Of a stretch of 18,381 bases of DNA, positions 8,965 to 18,163 are shown piece by piece. Position 1 is the stretch's first letter; each line of letters begins with the position of its first letter. The position numbers and the translations under genes were made by a program. The DNA is from a virus (Duplodnaviria; Heunggongvirae; Uroviricota; Caudoviricetes). Below the pieces are notes generated by a model. The model was not told where the DNA came from. It made no database searches and saw only the letters and a program-made list of their open reading frames with translations. The stretch is from IMG/VR virus record IMGVR_UViG_2734482784_000001, one strand, 5' to 3'.

Positions 8965-9198
8965 TTACATTTTACCATTTAAATTTTGGTTGTCTTTAAG
9001 AACTGATATCGCTGTTTGTAATAATTCTTTGTTATCCAGCCATGATTTTTTCTTTATGTTTCCTTCAATGTAATCAAGCAATGTTCTGGTATTGATAGGT
9101 CTTCCCTGTTTTGCTACTTCCACTACAGCATCCCCTAGGATAATTCTTACTTCAGGAAGCTGCGCAGGGAACCACTTTAGGGTGTCTTTTTATTTCAT
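8965..9198 (-). pseudogene. ydfK: ydfK/ynaE-family prophage cold-shock gene with an ochre stop at codon 3
   Basis: The minus strand reads ATG AAA TAA AAA GAC ACC CTA AAG TGG… giving M K * K D T L K W F P A Q L P E V R I I L G D A V V E V A K Q G R P I N T R T L L D Y I E G N I K K K S W L D N K E L L Q T A I S V L K D N Q N L N G K M *. This is a 77-codon YdfK-like frame whose third codon (plus-strand 9190-9192) is TAA. The ORF is absent from the six-frame track because of this stop. Confidence 0.7.
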
Positions 9199-9959
9199 GA
9201 AGATATTCCTTAAAATATTATTGATTTTCATTGCGATATTGTATGTCTGATTCAGGATATGTTGACTTATACATCGGTTTTGTCTGGGTTATTGGATATG
9301 CCAATCCCTAATTTTATTAGGGCATGACTAAAAATGCTGAATATGATAAGGAGAGAAGTGATTATCAGTATGCTGTTCATATAGCCTCGAATTAGTAATG
9401 TGTTATATATGATATAGTTGACAATTTTATCTTGGGTGTTCTTAAAGTTCGTAGATAAACATTGTCGTTTCAGGTATACAGGAATGCTAACAGGTGGCGG
9501 CAAAAATCAGGCGGTTTATGGCGCAATCTGAAGTGGCAACTGCAAACTATCTTATGCAGAGACTCTACACGGATTGGGTTTAAAAGTATACATAGATAAC
9601 AGTTTTTATCTGAAGAAGAAAAATATCAAGGTGATATAGCCTATATGCCTTTGATGTGGAGGAATGAATGTGATGGGAGTGATGTATCTGAATAGTTGAA
9701 AAACCGCAGACACACCTTATGCAAGAACGTGCTGCGGTTGGCTGGTAAATTTTTCGATAGTGCGAGTATTGAATGATTTCCAGCCGTTATTGATTTTACG
9801 CGTAAATCCATGAAAAAACTACTTATCTGTTGGGGAGTTTTTTGGGGCATATATGGGACAGAAATAGGCCCCAGATAGACACTGAGATCGAACTTAGGAT
9901 GCTTTTAAAAAAATGCAACTATCTGAAAAAACCTAGAAAACGCCAAGGAAACCACAGGA

Positions 9960-9990
9960 TGGGAAAAAACACCTGTGAATTATGGATTTC
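9960..9990. other. approximate prophage right-end junction with the chromosome, inside ydfJ
   Basis: The ydfJ frame opens only at ATG 9982; two codons upstream is an in-frame TGA (9976-9978), and the expected N-terminal part of the transporter, including its first helix, is missing. Upstream DNA is AT-rich phage-type sequence. The exact crossover point cannot be set without the other prophage end. Confidence 0.4.
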
Positions 9991-11265
9991 CAGTTATATT
10001 CGCTCGGCGCAGCGTTAGTGTTTCATGAAATATTTTTTCCTGAATCATCAACGGCAATGGCGTTAATTCTGGCAATGGGAACCTACGGTGCAGGTTATGT
10101 GGCGCGTATTGTCGGAGCATTTATTTTCGGCAAAATGGGCGACAGAATAGGGCGTAAAAAAGTGCTCTTTATTACCATCACCATGATGGGGATCTGTACC
10201 ACCTTAATTGGTGTGTTACCGACCTATGCACAGATTGGTGTTTTTGCCCCCATCTTGCTGGTGACGCTGCGTATTATTCAGGGATTGGGTGCAGGTGCGG
10301 AAATTTCCGGTGCCGGTACGATGCTGGCGGAATATGCGCCAAAAGGTAAGCGCGGAATTATCTCCTCATTTGTGGCTATGGGAACTAACTGCGGAACTTT
10401 AAGCGCAACGGCAATCTGGGCCTTTATGTTCTTCATTCTCAGTAAAGAGGAACTGCTGGCGTGGGGATGGCGTATACCGTTCCTGGCGAGCGTTGTCGTG
10501 ATGGTCTTTGCTATCTGGTTGCGTATGAATCTGAAAGAAAGCCCGGTTTTTGAGAAGGTTAACGACAGCAACCAACCGACAGCAAAACCTGCACCTGCTG
10601 GTAGCATGTTCCAGAGCAAATCCTTCTGGCTGGCAACAGGGCTGCGTTTTGGTCAGGCGGGTAACTCAGGTTTAATTCAGACTTTCCTTGCGGGCTATTT
10701 AGTGCAGACGTTATTGTTTAACAAAGCAATTCCAACATATGCATTGATGATCAGTTCGATTCTCGGCTTTATGACCATTCCGTTCCTTGGTTGGTTATCC
10801 GATAAAATTGGTCGCCGGATCCCGTATATTATTATGAATACCTCCGCGATTGTGCTGGCATGGCCAATGCTTTCTATCATCGTAGATAAAAGCTATGCCC
10901 CGAGCACCATTATGGTTGCACTGATTGTGATTCATAACTGTGCGGTGCTGGGATTATTTGCTCTGGAAAATATTACCATGGCAGAAATGTTCGGCTGTAA
11001 AAACCGCTTTACCCGGATGGCTATTTCTAAAGAAATTGGTGGTCTTATCGCTTCCGGTTTTGGTCCTATCCTGGCGGGTATTTTCTGCACCATGACGGAA
11101 TCCTAGTATCCGATCGCCATTATGATCATGGCATATTCAGTGATTGGTTTAATCTCTGCGCTGAAAATGCCAGAAGTGAAAGACCGTGATTTAAGTGCGC
11201 TGGAAGACGCCGCGGAAGATCAACCGCGTGTTGTAAGAGCTGCGCAACCTTCCAGAAGTCTGTAA
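9982..11265 (+). pseudogene. ydfJ: MFS (metabolite:H+ symporter family) transporter gene, 5'-truncated by prophage insertion and interrupted by an in-frame amber codon
   Basis: A 374-codon frame (MDFQLYSLGAALVFHEIFFPESS…GDRIGRKKVL…FCTMTES) stops at TAG 11104-11106. The same frame continues for 52 further sense codons (YPIAIMIMAYSVIGLISALKMPEVKDRDLSALEDAAEDQPRVVRAARPSRSL) to TAA 11263-11265. 374+1+52 = 427 codons, the size I recall for K-12 YdfJ. Confidence 0.8.
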
Positions 11266-11274
11266 ATCCTCAAT

Positions 11275-11305
11275 CCCTTCTCTTACCGGAGAGGGGATTT
11301 TTATT
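11275..11305 (+). terminator. rho-independent terminator after ydfJ
   Basis: CCCTTCTC (11275-11282), loop TTACCG, GAGAGGGG (11289-11296) with one G-U wobble, then ATTTTTATT. Confidence 0.6.
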
Positions 11306-11353
11306 CATATAACAAAACATGTAGCTTGCCATATTTATATTTAAGGAATTGTT

Positions 11354-12814
11354 ATGGGAAATAATTTGTTATCAGCAAAAGCGACACTCCCTGTTTATGA
11401 TCGTAATAACCTGGCCCCAAGAATTGTTCATTTAGGCTTTGGTGCATTTCACCGTGCGCATCAGGGCGTGTATGCCGATATTCTTGCTACAGAACATTTC
11501 AGTGACTGGGGATATTATGAGGTCAACTTAATCGGCGGCGAACAGCAAATTGCCGATTTACAGCAGCAAGATAATCTTTATACCGTTGCGGAAATGTCGG
11601 CCGATGCGTGGACGGCTCGCGTCGTTGGTGTCGTTAAAAAAGCCTTGCACGTACAGATGGATGGCTTAGAAACCGTGTTGGCTGCGATGTGTGAACCGCA
11701 AATCGCGATTGTCTCTCTGACAATCACCGAAAAAGGGTATTTCCACTCTCCGGCGACCGGACAGTTAATGCTCGATCACCCGATGGTCGCTGCCGACGTG
11801 CAAAATCCCCACCAGCCGAAAACAGCAACAGGGGTGATTGTTGAGGCGCTGGCTCGCCGTAAAGCGGCAGGACTTCCCGCATTTACCGTCATGTCATGTG
11901 ACAACATGCCAGAAAACGGTCATGTTATGCGTGACGTTGTCACTTCCTACGCGCAAGCCGTTGATGTAAAACTGGCACAATGGATCGAAGATAACGTGAC
12001 TTTCCCATCAACAATGGTGGACCGTATTGTGCCCGCAGTGACAGAGGATACGCTGGCGAAAATCGAACAACTTACCGGTGTGCGCGATCCTGCTGGCGTT
12101 GCCTGTGAACCTTTCCGCCAGTGGGTAATAGAAGATAATTTTGTTGCCGGACGTCTGGAATGGGAAAAAGCGGGAGCAGAACTGGTTAGCGATGTACTGC
12201 CTTATGAAGAGATGAAGTTGCGCATGCTCAACGGCAGTCATTCATTCCTGGCGTATTTGGGTTATCTTGCCGGATATCAGCACATTAATGACTGTATGGA
12301 AGATGAACATTATCGTCATGCGGCGTATGGCTTGATGTTGCAGGAACAAGCGCCGACGCTGAAAGTGCAGGGCGTTGATTTGCAGGATTACGCTAACCGA
12401 TTAATTGCACGCTATAGCAACCCGGCGTTACGTCATCGAACCTGGCAGATTGCGATGGATGGCAGCCAGAAATTGCCACAGCGGATGTTGGATTCTGTTC
12501 GCTGGCATCTGACGCATGACAGCAAGTTCGATCTGCTGGCGCTGGGCGTCGCGGGTTGGATGCGTTATGTCGGTGGTGTTGATGAACAGGAAAATCCGAT
12601 AGAAATCAGTGACCCACTGTTACCTGTTATTCAGAAGGCTGTACAAAGTAGTGCCGAAGGGAAAGCGCGCGTCCAGTCATTGCTGGCGATTAAGGCGATC
12701 TTTGGTGATGATTTGCCAGCCAATAGCTTGTTTACTGCAAAAGTGACGGAAGCGTACTTGTCTTTATTAGCGCATGGCGCGAAAGCGACCGTGGCAAAAT
12801 ATTCCGTGAAGTAA
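11354..12814 (+). CDS. ydfI: mannitol-dehydrogenase-family oxidoreductase (long-chain polyol or mannonate dehydrogenase-like), 486 aa
   Basis: AAGGAA then ATG at 11354. N-terminal dinucleotide-binding signature …[18 protein letters not shown]…. Length and synteny match K-12 ydfI. Confidence 0.9.
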   Translation: MGNNLLSAKATLPVYDRNNLAPRIVHLGFGAFHRAHQGVYADILATEHFSDWGYYEVNLIGGEQQIADLQQQDNLYTVAEMSADAWTARVVGVVKKALHVQMDGLETVLAAMCEPQIAIVSLTITEKGYFHSPATGQLMLDHPMVAADVQNPHQPKTATGVIVEALARRKAAGLPAFTVMSCDNMPENGHVMRDVVTSYAQAVDVKLAQWIEDNVTFPSTMVDRIVPAVTEDTLAKIEQLTGVRDPAGVACEPFRQWVIEDNFVAGRLEWEKAGAELVSDVLPYEEMKLRMLNGSHSFLAYLGYLAGYQHINDCMEDEHYRHAAYGLMLQEQAPTLKVQGVDLQDYANRLIARYSNPALRHRTWQIAMDGSQKLPQRMLDSVRWHLTHDSKFDLLALGVAGWMRYVGGVDEQENPIEISDPLLPVIQKAVQSSAEGKARVQSLLAIKAIFGDDLPANSLFTAKVTEAYLSLLAHGAKATVAKYSVK

Positions 12815-12842
12815 AAAAAGCAATGCCGCCATCGGCGGCATT
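12813..12842. terminator. shared hairpin between convergent ydfI and ydfZ; the U-tract is on the ydfZ (minus) side
   Basis: AATGCCGCC (12822-12830), loop ATC, GGCGGCATT (12834-12842). An A-run at 12813-12820 on the plus strand becomes a U-run after the hairpin for the minus-strand ydfZ transcript. Confidence 0.55.
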
Positions 12843-12849
12843 CACACGC

Positions 12850-13053
12850 TTAGTTCATGCCGAGACGAATCAGGTCCAGTGGTGCCAGTTTCTCTTCACA
12901 ACCTTCAACAACTACGGTTTTTCCGCGGCGGATTTGCTCAGCGGTCAGACCTTCAGTATCAATCGACAGGATCTTGCCAGTGTGACCGGTGCCGCTAACC
13001 ATAACACGGCTGCCAGTGGTGATTGCGTTACGGTTACGATCGTAGGTCGTCAT
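12850..13053 (-). CDS. ydfZ: small protein YdfZ (putative selenium-binding protein), 67 aa
   Basis: ATG at 13053-13051 with AAGGAG upstream on the minus strand; [67 protein letters not shown]; TAA stop. Size and synteny match K-12 ydfZ. Confidence 0.85.
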
Positions 13054-13134
13054 AGGTGTTTTCTCCTTTCTGATTTACAGTCGAAGCCCACGTAACGGGC
13101 GCAATATAAATACTCCTGTCGAGTGAAATATTTT

Positions 13135-13148
13135 TTGTTTTTGATCAA
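13135..13148 (-). promoter_or_regulatory. candidate FNR site (TTGTT-N4-ATCAA) of a class II-type ydfZ promoter
   Basis: TTGTTTTTGATCAA at 13135-13148 matches the FNR consensus TTGAT-N4-ATCAA in 9 of 10 half-site positions. AT-rich -10-like hexamers (TATTTA, TATATT on the minus strand, plus-strand 13103-13114) lie at the right distance for a site centred near -41.5. ydfZ is a known FNR-activated gene. Confidence 0.4.
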
Positions 13149-13229
13149 GCTCACATCTTTTTTGATGCATGCATGAGCCATAAGGCGGGGGAAAAGACTC
13201 TCACCCCGGATGGGATGAGAGGAAATGAA

Positions 13230-13916
13230 TTACTCTTCGCTAAACCAGTCGCTATTTTCCTGGCGGATCTGGCGCACGGATTCGCTGATTTCCTGCAAAT
13301 GTTGCGTCATTGCACGTTCTACCGCATCGCCATCACGTTTTTGCAGGGCAGAGAAAATATCAAGATGCTGGCGTAACAGCATTTCTGGTGGAGAAACGTG
13401 GTCGAAACTCATATAGCGCACGCGATCAACGGTCGCTTTCAGGTTCTCAATGGTATCCCACGCCAGTTGACAGTCGGCAATCTGCGTCAGGAGTTGATGG
13501 AAGTTGTCATCAAGTTCAAAAAAATCATCCAGTTGCTTGCGCTCAATGGCAATGCGTTGCTGGTGAAGATTTTGTTCCAGTTGGTAGCACTGGCTTTCGG
13601 TAATCATGCTCGCCGCCCGACGCGCCACCGCGCACTCAATGGCCTGACGGATAAAACTGCCGTTGCGCACCTGGGCCATGGAAATTTTGTTGACGTAGCT
13701 GCCACGCTGCGGACGAATTTGAATCAGGCCGTTTTCCGCCAGTTTAATAAAGGCTTCACGAACCGGCTGGCGTGACACATTGAAACGAACAGAAACTTCT
13801 TTTTCCGACAACGGTGTGCCTGGTGCAATCAGGCAATGGACAATGTCGCGACGAAGAATACGATAAATCTGCTGATTGACAGGCTGTGTGGGATTAAGTT
13901 GCGTTTCGACGGTCAT
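13230..13916 (-). CDS. rspR: GntR-family (FadR-type) transcriptional regulator, 228 aa
   Basis: ATG at 13916-13914, TAA at 13232-13230. N-terminal winged helix-turn-helix (…[39 protein letters not shown]…) and C-terminal ligand-binding domain. Size and synteny match K-12 ydfH (rspR). Confidence 0.85.
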
Positions 13917-13978
13917 TCGTTCTTGCTTGTGAGTGAGTTAACTGCATGAGTCTACCACTTTTTTGTGACAAGCAATAA

Positions 13979-13996
13979 CCCGGCAGTTACGCCGGG
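13979..13996 (-). terminator. weak hairpin downstream of ydfG
   Basis: CCCGGC (13979-13984), loop AGTTAC, GCCGGG (13991-13996). On the minus strand it is followed by a moderately U-rich stretch. No clean U-tract. Confidence 0.35.
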
Positions 13997-14004
13997 TATA
14001 AAAA

Positions 14005-14751
14005 TTACTGACGGTGGACATTCAGTCCGGCATAGCTTTGGGTAACCGGCATCATTTCCAGGGTATTGATATTGACGTGAGCAGGCAGCGTTGACACCCA
14101 CCAGACGGCTTCGCTGACATCTTCTGGCGTCAATGCAACGGTATTTTGATAGGTTTTTTCCACTTTACCGTCATCGCCTTTAAAGCGGACATTGGAAAAC
14201 TCGGTGCCACCCACCAGACCCGGCTCGATGTCGGTGACGCGCACCGCCGTACCATGCAGATCCGTACGCAGATTCAGGCTAAACTGACGAACAAACGCTT
14301 TCGTCGCACCGTAAACGTTACCACCGGCATACGGCCAGCTACCTGCCGTTGAGCCAATGTTAATAATATGACCATGATTACGTTCAACCATACCCGGTAA
14401 GACGGCGCGCGTCATATATACCAGGCCTTTATTGTTGGTATCAATCATCGTTTCCCAGTCTTCAACGCTGGCTTTATGCGCAGGCTCCATGCCCAACGCC
14501 AGGCCGGCATTATTTACCAGGATATCAATATTGCTCCACTCGGCAGGGAGCGATGCCAGCATCTCTTCAATAGCGGCGCGGTTGCGAACGTCCAGTTGGG
14601 CGATATACAGATTATCTCCCAGTTCGTCTTTTAACTCCTGCAACCGTTCCTGACGACGGCCAGTGGCGATAACTTTATGCCCTTGTTGAATAAAACGACG
14701 AGTAATGCATTCACCAAAACCTGCCGTTGCTCCAGTTACTAAAACGATCAT
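14005..14751 (-). CDS. ydfG: NADP-dependent short-chain dehydrogenase/reductase (3-hydroxy acid / malonic semialdehyde reductase), 248 aa
   Basis: SDR glycine motif at the N-terminus (MIVLVTGATAGFG). ATG at 14751-14749 with GAGGA 8 nt upstream. The ORF-track start at 14766 is a TTG-initiated 5-codon extension. TAA at 14007-14005. Confidence 0.9.
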   Translation of the reverse strand: MIVLVTGATAGFGECITRRFIQQGHKVIATGRRQERLQELKDELGDNLYIAQLDVRNRAAIEEMLASLPAEWSNIDILVNNAGLALGMEPAHKASVEDWETMIDTNNKGLVYMTRAVLPGMVERNHGHIINIGSTAGSWPYAGGNVYGATKAFVRQFSLNLRTDLHGTAVRVTDIEPGLVGGTEFSNVRFKGDDGKVEKTYQNTVALTPEDVSEAVWWVSTLPAHVNINTLEMMPVTQSYAGLNVHRQ

Positions 14752-14887
14752 CTCACTGTTCCTCAACGCTTTTGTGTGTCAATAACATAGCACGGGATGC
14801 TTAAGAGCGGGTAATACTGGATTGCAAGATTGCACTCCGTTATCAGTAAGCCTACGCTATGGAACACCTCGCGTTCAGGAGAAGAAA

Positions 14888-16933
14888 ATGACAACAATGA
14901 ATCCTTTCCTTGTGCAAAGCACACTGCCGTATCTGGCTCCTCATTTTGATCAAATTGCCAATCATCACTATCGCCCGGCATTCGATGAGGGAATGCAGCA
15001 AAAGCGGGCAGAAATTGCTGCCATCGCGCTTAACCCGCAAACGCCTGATTTCAACAATACTATTCTGGCACTGGAACAAAGCGGAGAATTACTTACCCGC
15101 GTTACCAGCGTCTTTTTTGCGATGACTGCGGCGCATACCAATGATGAATTACAGCGTCTTGATGAACAGTTTTCCGCTGAACTGGCGGAACTGGCTAATG
15201 ATATCTATCTGAACGGTGAATTATTCGCGCGGGTAGATGCTGTCTGGCAGCGCCGTGAATCCCTGGGGCTTGATAGTGAATCCATCCGCCTGGTGGAGGT
15301 GATTCATCAACGTTTTGTCCTTGCCGGAGCCAAACTTGCGCAAGCTGATAAAGCAAAATTAAAAGTACTGAATACAGAAGCTGCGACACTGACCAGTCAG
15401 TTTAACCAGCGATTACTGGCAGCAAATAAATCCGGCGGTCTGGTTGTGAACGATATCGCGCAGCTGGCAGGAATGAGTGAGCAAGAGATTGCGCTGGCGG
15501 CAGAGGCGGCTCGCGAGAAAGGTCTGGATAACAAATGGCTGATTCCGCTGCTGAATACCACCCAACAACCGGCGCTTGCCGAGATGCGCGATCGTGCGAC
15601 GCGTGAAAAACTGTTTATTGCGGGCTGGACGCGAGCGGAAAAAAATGATGCCAATGATACCCGCGCTATCATTCAACGTCTGGTAGAGATTCGCGCACAG
15701 CAGGCGAAACTGCTTGGTTTTCCTCATTATGCCGCATGGAAAATCGCCGATCAGATGGCAAAAACACCTGAAGCAGCACTTAACTTTATGCGGGAAATTG
15801 TTCCAGCGGCGCGTCAACGTGCGAGCGATGAATTAGCCTCCATACAGGCGGTTATTGATAAGCAGCAGGGCGGGTTTAGCGCGCAGCCGTGGGACTGGGC
15901 ATTTTATGCCGAACAGGTACGGCGGGAGAAATTTGATCTTGATGAGGCGCAGCTCAAGCCATATTTTGAATTAAACACGGTGTTGAATGAAGGTGTATTC
16001 TGGACCGCGAATCAGCTCTTCGGTATTAAGTTTGTCGAACGTTTTGATATTCCTGTCTACCATCCTGACGTTCGTGTGTGGGAAATTTTTGATCATAATG
16101 GCGTGGGACTGGCGTTATTTTACGGTGATTTCTTCGCCCGTGATTCAAAAAGCGGCGGTGCATGGATGGGCAATTTTGTTGAGCAATCAACGCTTAATGA
16201 AACGCATCCGGTAATTTATAACGTCTGCAATTATCAGAAACCCGCTGCCGGTGAGCCTGCGTTGTTACTCTGGGATGATGTAATAACCTTATTCCATGAA
16301 TTTGGTCATACGCTGCACGGCCTTTTTGCCCGCCAGCGTTATGCCACGCTTTCCGGCACCAACACGCCGCGTGATTTTGTCGAATTTCCGTCGCAAATCA
16401 ACGAACACTGGGCAACGCATCCGCAGGTATTCGCTCGCTACGCCCGGCATTATCAGAGCGGGGCAGCAATGCCTGACGAACTGCAACAGAAAATGCGTAA
16501 TGCCAGCCTGTTCAACAAAGGGTATGAGATGAGCGAACTGCTTAGCGCCGCACTTCTCGATATGCGCTGGCATTGCCTGGAAGAAAACGAAGCAATGCAG
16601 GATGTCGATGATTTTGAATTGCGGGCGCTGGTGGCGGAAAATATGGATCTTCCTGCTATACCGCCACGCTATCGCAGCAGTTATTTCGCCCATATTTTTG
16701 GTGGCGGATATGCTGCAGGTTATTACGCTTATCTGTGGACGCAAATGTTGGCCGATGATGGTTACCAGTGGTTTGTTGAGCAGGGCGGATTAACGCGTGA
16801 AAATGGGCAGCGTTTTCGCGAGGCGATCCTTTCCAGAGGTAACAGCGAAGATCTGGAACGCCTGTATCGACAATGGCGCGGTAAGGCTCCTCAGATTATG
16901 CCGATGCTGCAACATCGTGGCTTGAACATATAA
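14888..16933 (+). CDS. dcp: peptidyl-dipeptidase Dcp (zinc metallopeptidase, M3 family), 681 aa
   Basis: AGGAG then ATG at 14888 (MTTMNPFLVQSTLPYLAPHFDQI…). HEXXH zinc motif (LFHEFGHTLHG). The ORF-track start at 14822 is a TTG-initiated upstream extension. TAA at 16931-16933. Confidence 0.9.
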   Translation: MTTMNPFLVQSTLPYLAPHFDQIANHHYRPAFDEGMQQKRAEIAAIALNPQTPDFNNTILALEQSGELLTRVTSVFFAMTAAHTNDELQRLDEQFSAELAELANDIYLNGELFARVDAVWQRRESLGLDSESIRLVEVIHQRFVLAGAKLAQADKAKLKVLNTEAATLTSQFNQRLLAANKSGGLVVNDIAQLAGMSEQEIALAAEAAREKGLDNKWLIPLLNTTQQPALAEMRDRATREKLFIAGWTRAEKNDANDTRAIIQRLVEIRAQQAKLLGFPHYAAWKIADQMAKTPEAALNFMREIVPAARQRASDELASIQAVIDKQQGGFSAQPWDWAFYAEQVRREKFDLDEAQLKPYFELNTVLNEGVFWTANQLFGIKFVERFDIPVYHPDVRVWEIFDHNGVGLALFYGDFFARDSKSGGAWMGNFVEQSTLNETHPVIYNVCNYQKPAAGEPALLLWDDVITLFHEFGHTLHGLFARQRYATLSGTNTPRDFVEFPSQINEHWATHPQVFARYARHYQSGAAMPDELQQKMRNASLFNKGYEMSELLSAALLDMRWHCLEENEAMQDVDDFELRALVAENMDLPAIPPRYRSSYFAHIFGGGYAAGYYAYLWTQMLADDGYQWFVEQGGLTRENGQRFREAILSRGNSEDLERLYRQWRGKAPQIMPMLQHRGLNI

Positions 16934-16944
16934 ACACCACCAAT

Positions 16945-16974
16945 GGCTGGCCTGGAGATATCGCCAGGCCAGCC
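16945..16974. terminator. bidirectional hairpin between convergent dcp and ydeJ
   Basis: Perfect 11-bp stem GGCTGGCCTGG (16945-16955) / CCAGGCCAGCC (16964-16974) with an 8-nt loop AGATATCG. U-tracts on both sides are weak. Confidence 0.55.
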
Positions 16975-16977
16975 TGG

Positions 16978-17496
16978 TTATAGCAGTAATTGCAGCAGCT
17001 GGACGAGGGCAAACCTCACCGCTAAAGCTAATACCGTTTCGCAGTCGCCAGCAAAATGCATAACCGCAGTGTAGGTCTGGCCTTTAATATGCCACGCGAA
17101 CCAGACGGTACCCGCTGGCGTACCATCTTCACCGCCCTCCGATCCGCCGTAGCCGGTAATGGCAATACTGACATCAGCATCCGCACGCTCTATGGCACCT
17201 GTTGCCATTTCTGCTGCCACTTTCTCACTCACCGCAGAATATCGTTCAAGAGATTGCTGGCTTACGCTGAGGATTTTCATCTTTGCCTGATCGGTGAAAG
17301 TAACAAAGCCTGCACCGTAAAATTTGGGTGTATCTTCAGCTGCACACAGGGCGCTAGCCAACTTACCGCCGGTGCATGATTCGGCGGTAGTTAAGCGTAA
17401 TTGATCCGCGATAAGTCTTTGACTCAACGCGGATGTCAGGTTTTCAATAGTGTCGGTATCTGCGAGTTGTACATTTTTATCTTTATTAATGTTCAC
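16978..17496 (-). CDS. ydeJ: CinA C-terminal-domain-like protein (PncC paralogue family), 172 aa
   Basis: 172-codon minus-strand frame with an apparent GTG start at 17496-17494 and TAA at 16980-16978. Size and synteny match K-12 ydeJ. Confidence 0.8.
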   Translation of the reverse strand: MNINKDKNVQLADTDTIENLTSALSQRLIADQLRLTTAESCTGGKLASALCAAEDTPKFYGAGFVTFTDQAKMKILSVSQQSLERYSAVSEKVAAEMATGAIERADADVSIAITGYGGSEGGEDGTPAGTVWFAWHIKGQTYTAVMHFAGDCETVLALAVRFALVQLLQLLL

Positions 17497-17770
17497 TGTT
17501 TTTTGTCCACGCTATTATATGTAAAGGTGATTTGCTTTTCTGTATGCTCGTCCAATATAATAATTTTCAAACATATAAATCCGATTATTCTGAAAATATG
17601 TTTAAGACTCTTCAATCTTCTTAACCTTAGTGAGTTAAATTCTCTGAATATTTGACAGCTAGTGGGCTGATTTTAAATGCCTTATAACAATTGGCAGTAT
17701 TCTTATTTGGCAATTATAAAAATAGCAACCAGACTTAATAAGTCAAACCAAACGCAATTAAGGAGTTAGT

Positions 17771-18163
17771 ATGAAATTTCAGGCCATTGTATTAGCAAGT
17801 TTTCTTGTCATGCCTTATGCGTTGGCAGATGACCAGGGCGGTTTAAAACAGGATGCAGCGCCACCGCCGCCTCATGCAATAGAAGATGGCTATCGCGGAA
17901 CCGATGATGCAAAAAAAATGACCGTTGATTTCGCAAAAAACATGCACGATGGCGCTTCGGTTTCACTACGCGGTAATTTGATTTCTCACAAAGGAGAGGA
18001 CCGTTACGTTTTTCGCGATAAGAGCGGTGAAATTAATGTCGTTATTCCTGCGGCCGTCTTTGATGGACGAGAAGTTCAGCCGGACCAGATGATCAACATT
18101 AGCGGCAGTCTGGATAAGAAAAGCGCGCCGGCCGTCGTTCGGGTCACTCATTTGCAGAAATAA
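17771..18163 (+). CDS. ydeI: periplasmic OB-fold (BOF / YgiW-YdeI family) stress protein, 130 aa
   Basis: AAGGAG then ATG at 17771. Signal peptide [22 protein letters not shown] at 18161-18163. Size and synteny match K-12 ydeI. Confidence 0.85.
   Translation: MKFQAIVLASFLVMPYALADDQGGLKQDAAPPPPHAIEDGYRGTDDAKKMTVDFAKNMHDGASVSLRGNLISHKGEDRYVFRDKSGEINVVIPAAVFDGREVQPDQMINISGSLDKKSAPAVVRVTHLQK

Noticed and set aside
9267-9850. ORFs 9267-9503 (-) and 9641-9850 (-) in the AT-rich region
   Set aside because: Hydrophobic, low-complexity translations from AT-rich DNA with no ribosome-binding site. More likely non-coding leader or promoter DNA, though a small protein cannot be excluded.
9830-10018. 62-codon plus-strand ORF overlapping the ydfJ start (…GKNTCELWISSYIRSAQR)
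   Set aside because: It reads the ydfJ 5' region in the wrong frame, and the upstream part is phage-junction DNA. It is not a genuine ydfJ N-terminus.
10278-10880. Minus-strand ORFs 10278-10619 and 10695-10880 inside ydfJ
   Set aside because: Antisense to the transporter frame, which has a clear membrane-protein signature; no supporting signals.
12823-13095. 90-codon plus-strand ORF overlapping ydfZ
   Set aside because: Antisense to ydfZ, which has a proper ribosome-binding site and matches the expected 67-aa product.
13173-13775. Plus-strand ORFs 13173-13376, 13225-13416, 13310-13603 and 13398-13775
   Set aside because: All antisense to the GntR-family regulator gene, which has intact wHTH and ligand-binding domains.
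14822-14887. Upstream extension of dcp from TTG at 14822
   Set aside because: ATG at 14888 has an AGGAG ribosome-binding site and gives the expected 681-aa product; the extension is a track artefact.
15195-15817. Minus-strand ORFs inside dcp (15195-15389, 15397-15672, 15413-15817)
   Set aside because: Antisense to an intact peptidase gene with its HEXXH motif; no independent support.
17401-17655. 84-codon plus-strand ORF in the AT-rich ydeJ-ydeI intergenic region
   Set aside because: Extremely AT-rich and low-complexity with no ribosome-binding site. Most likely promoter DNA for the flanking genes.
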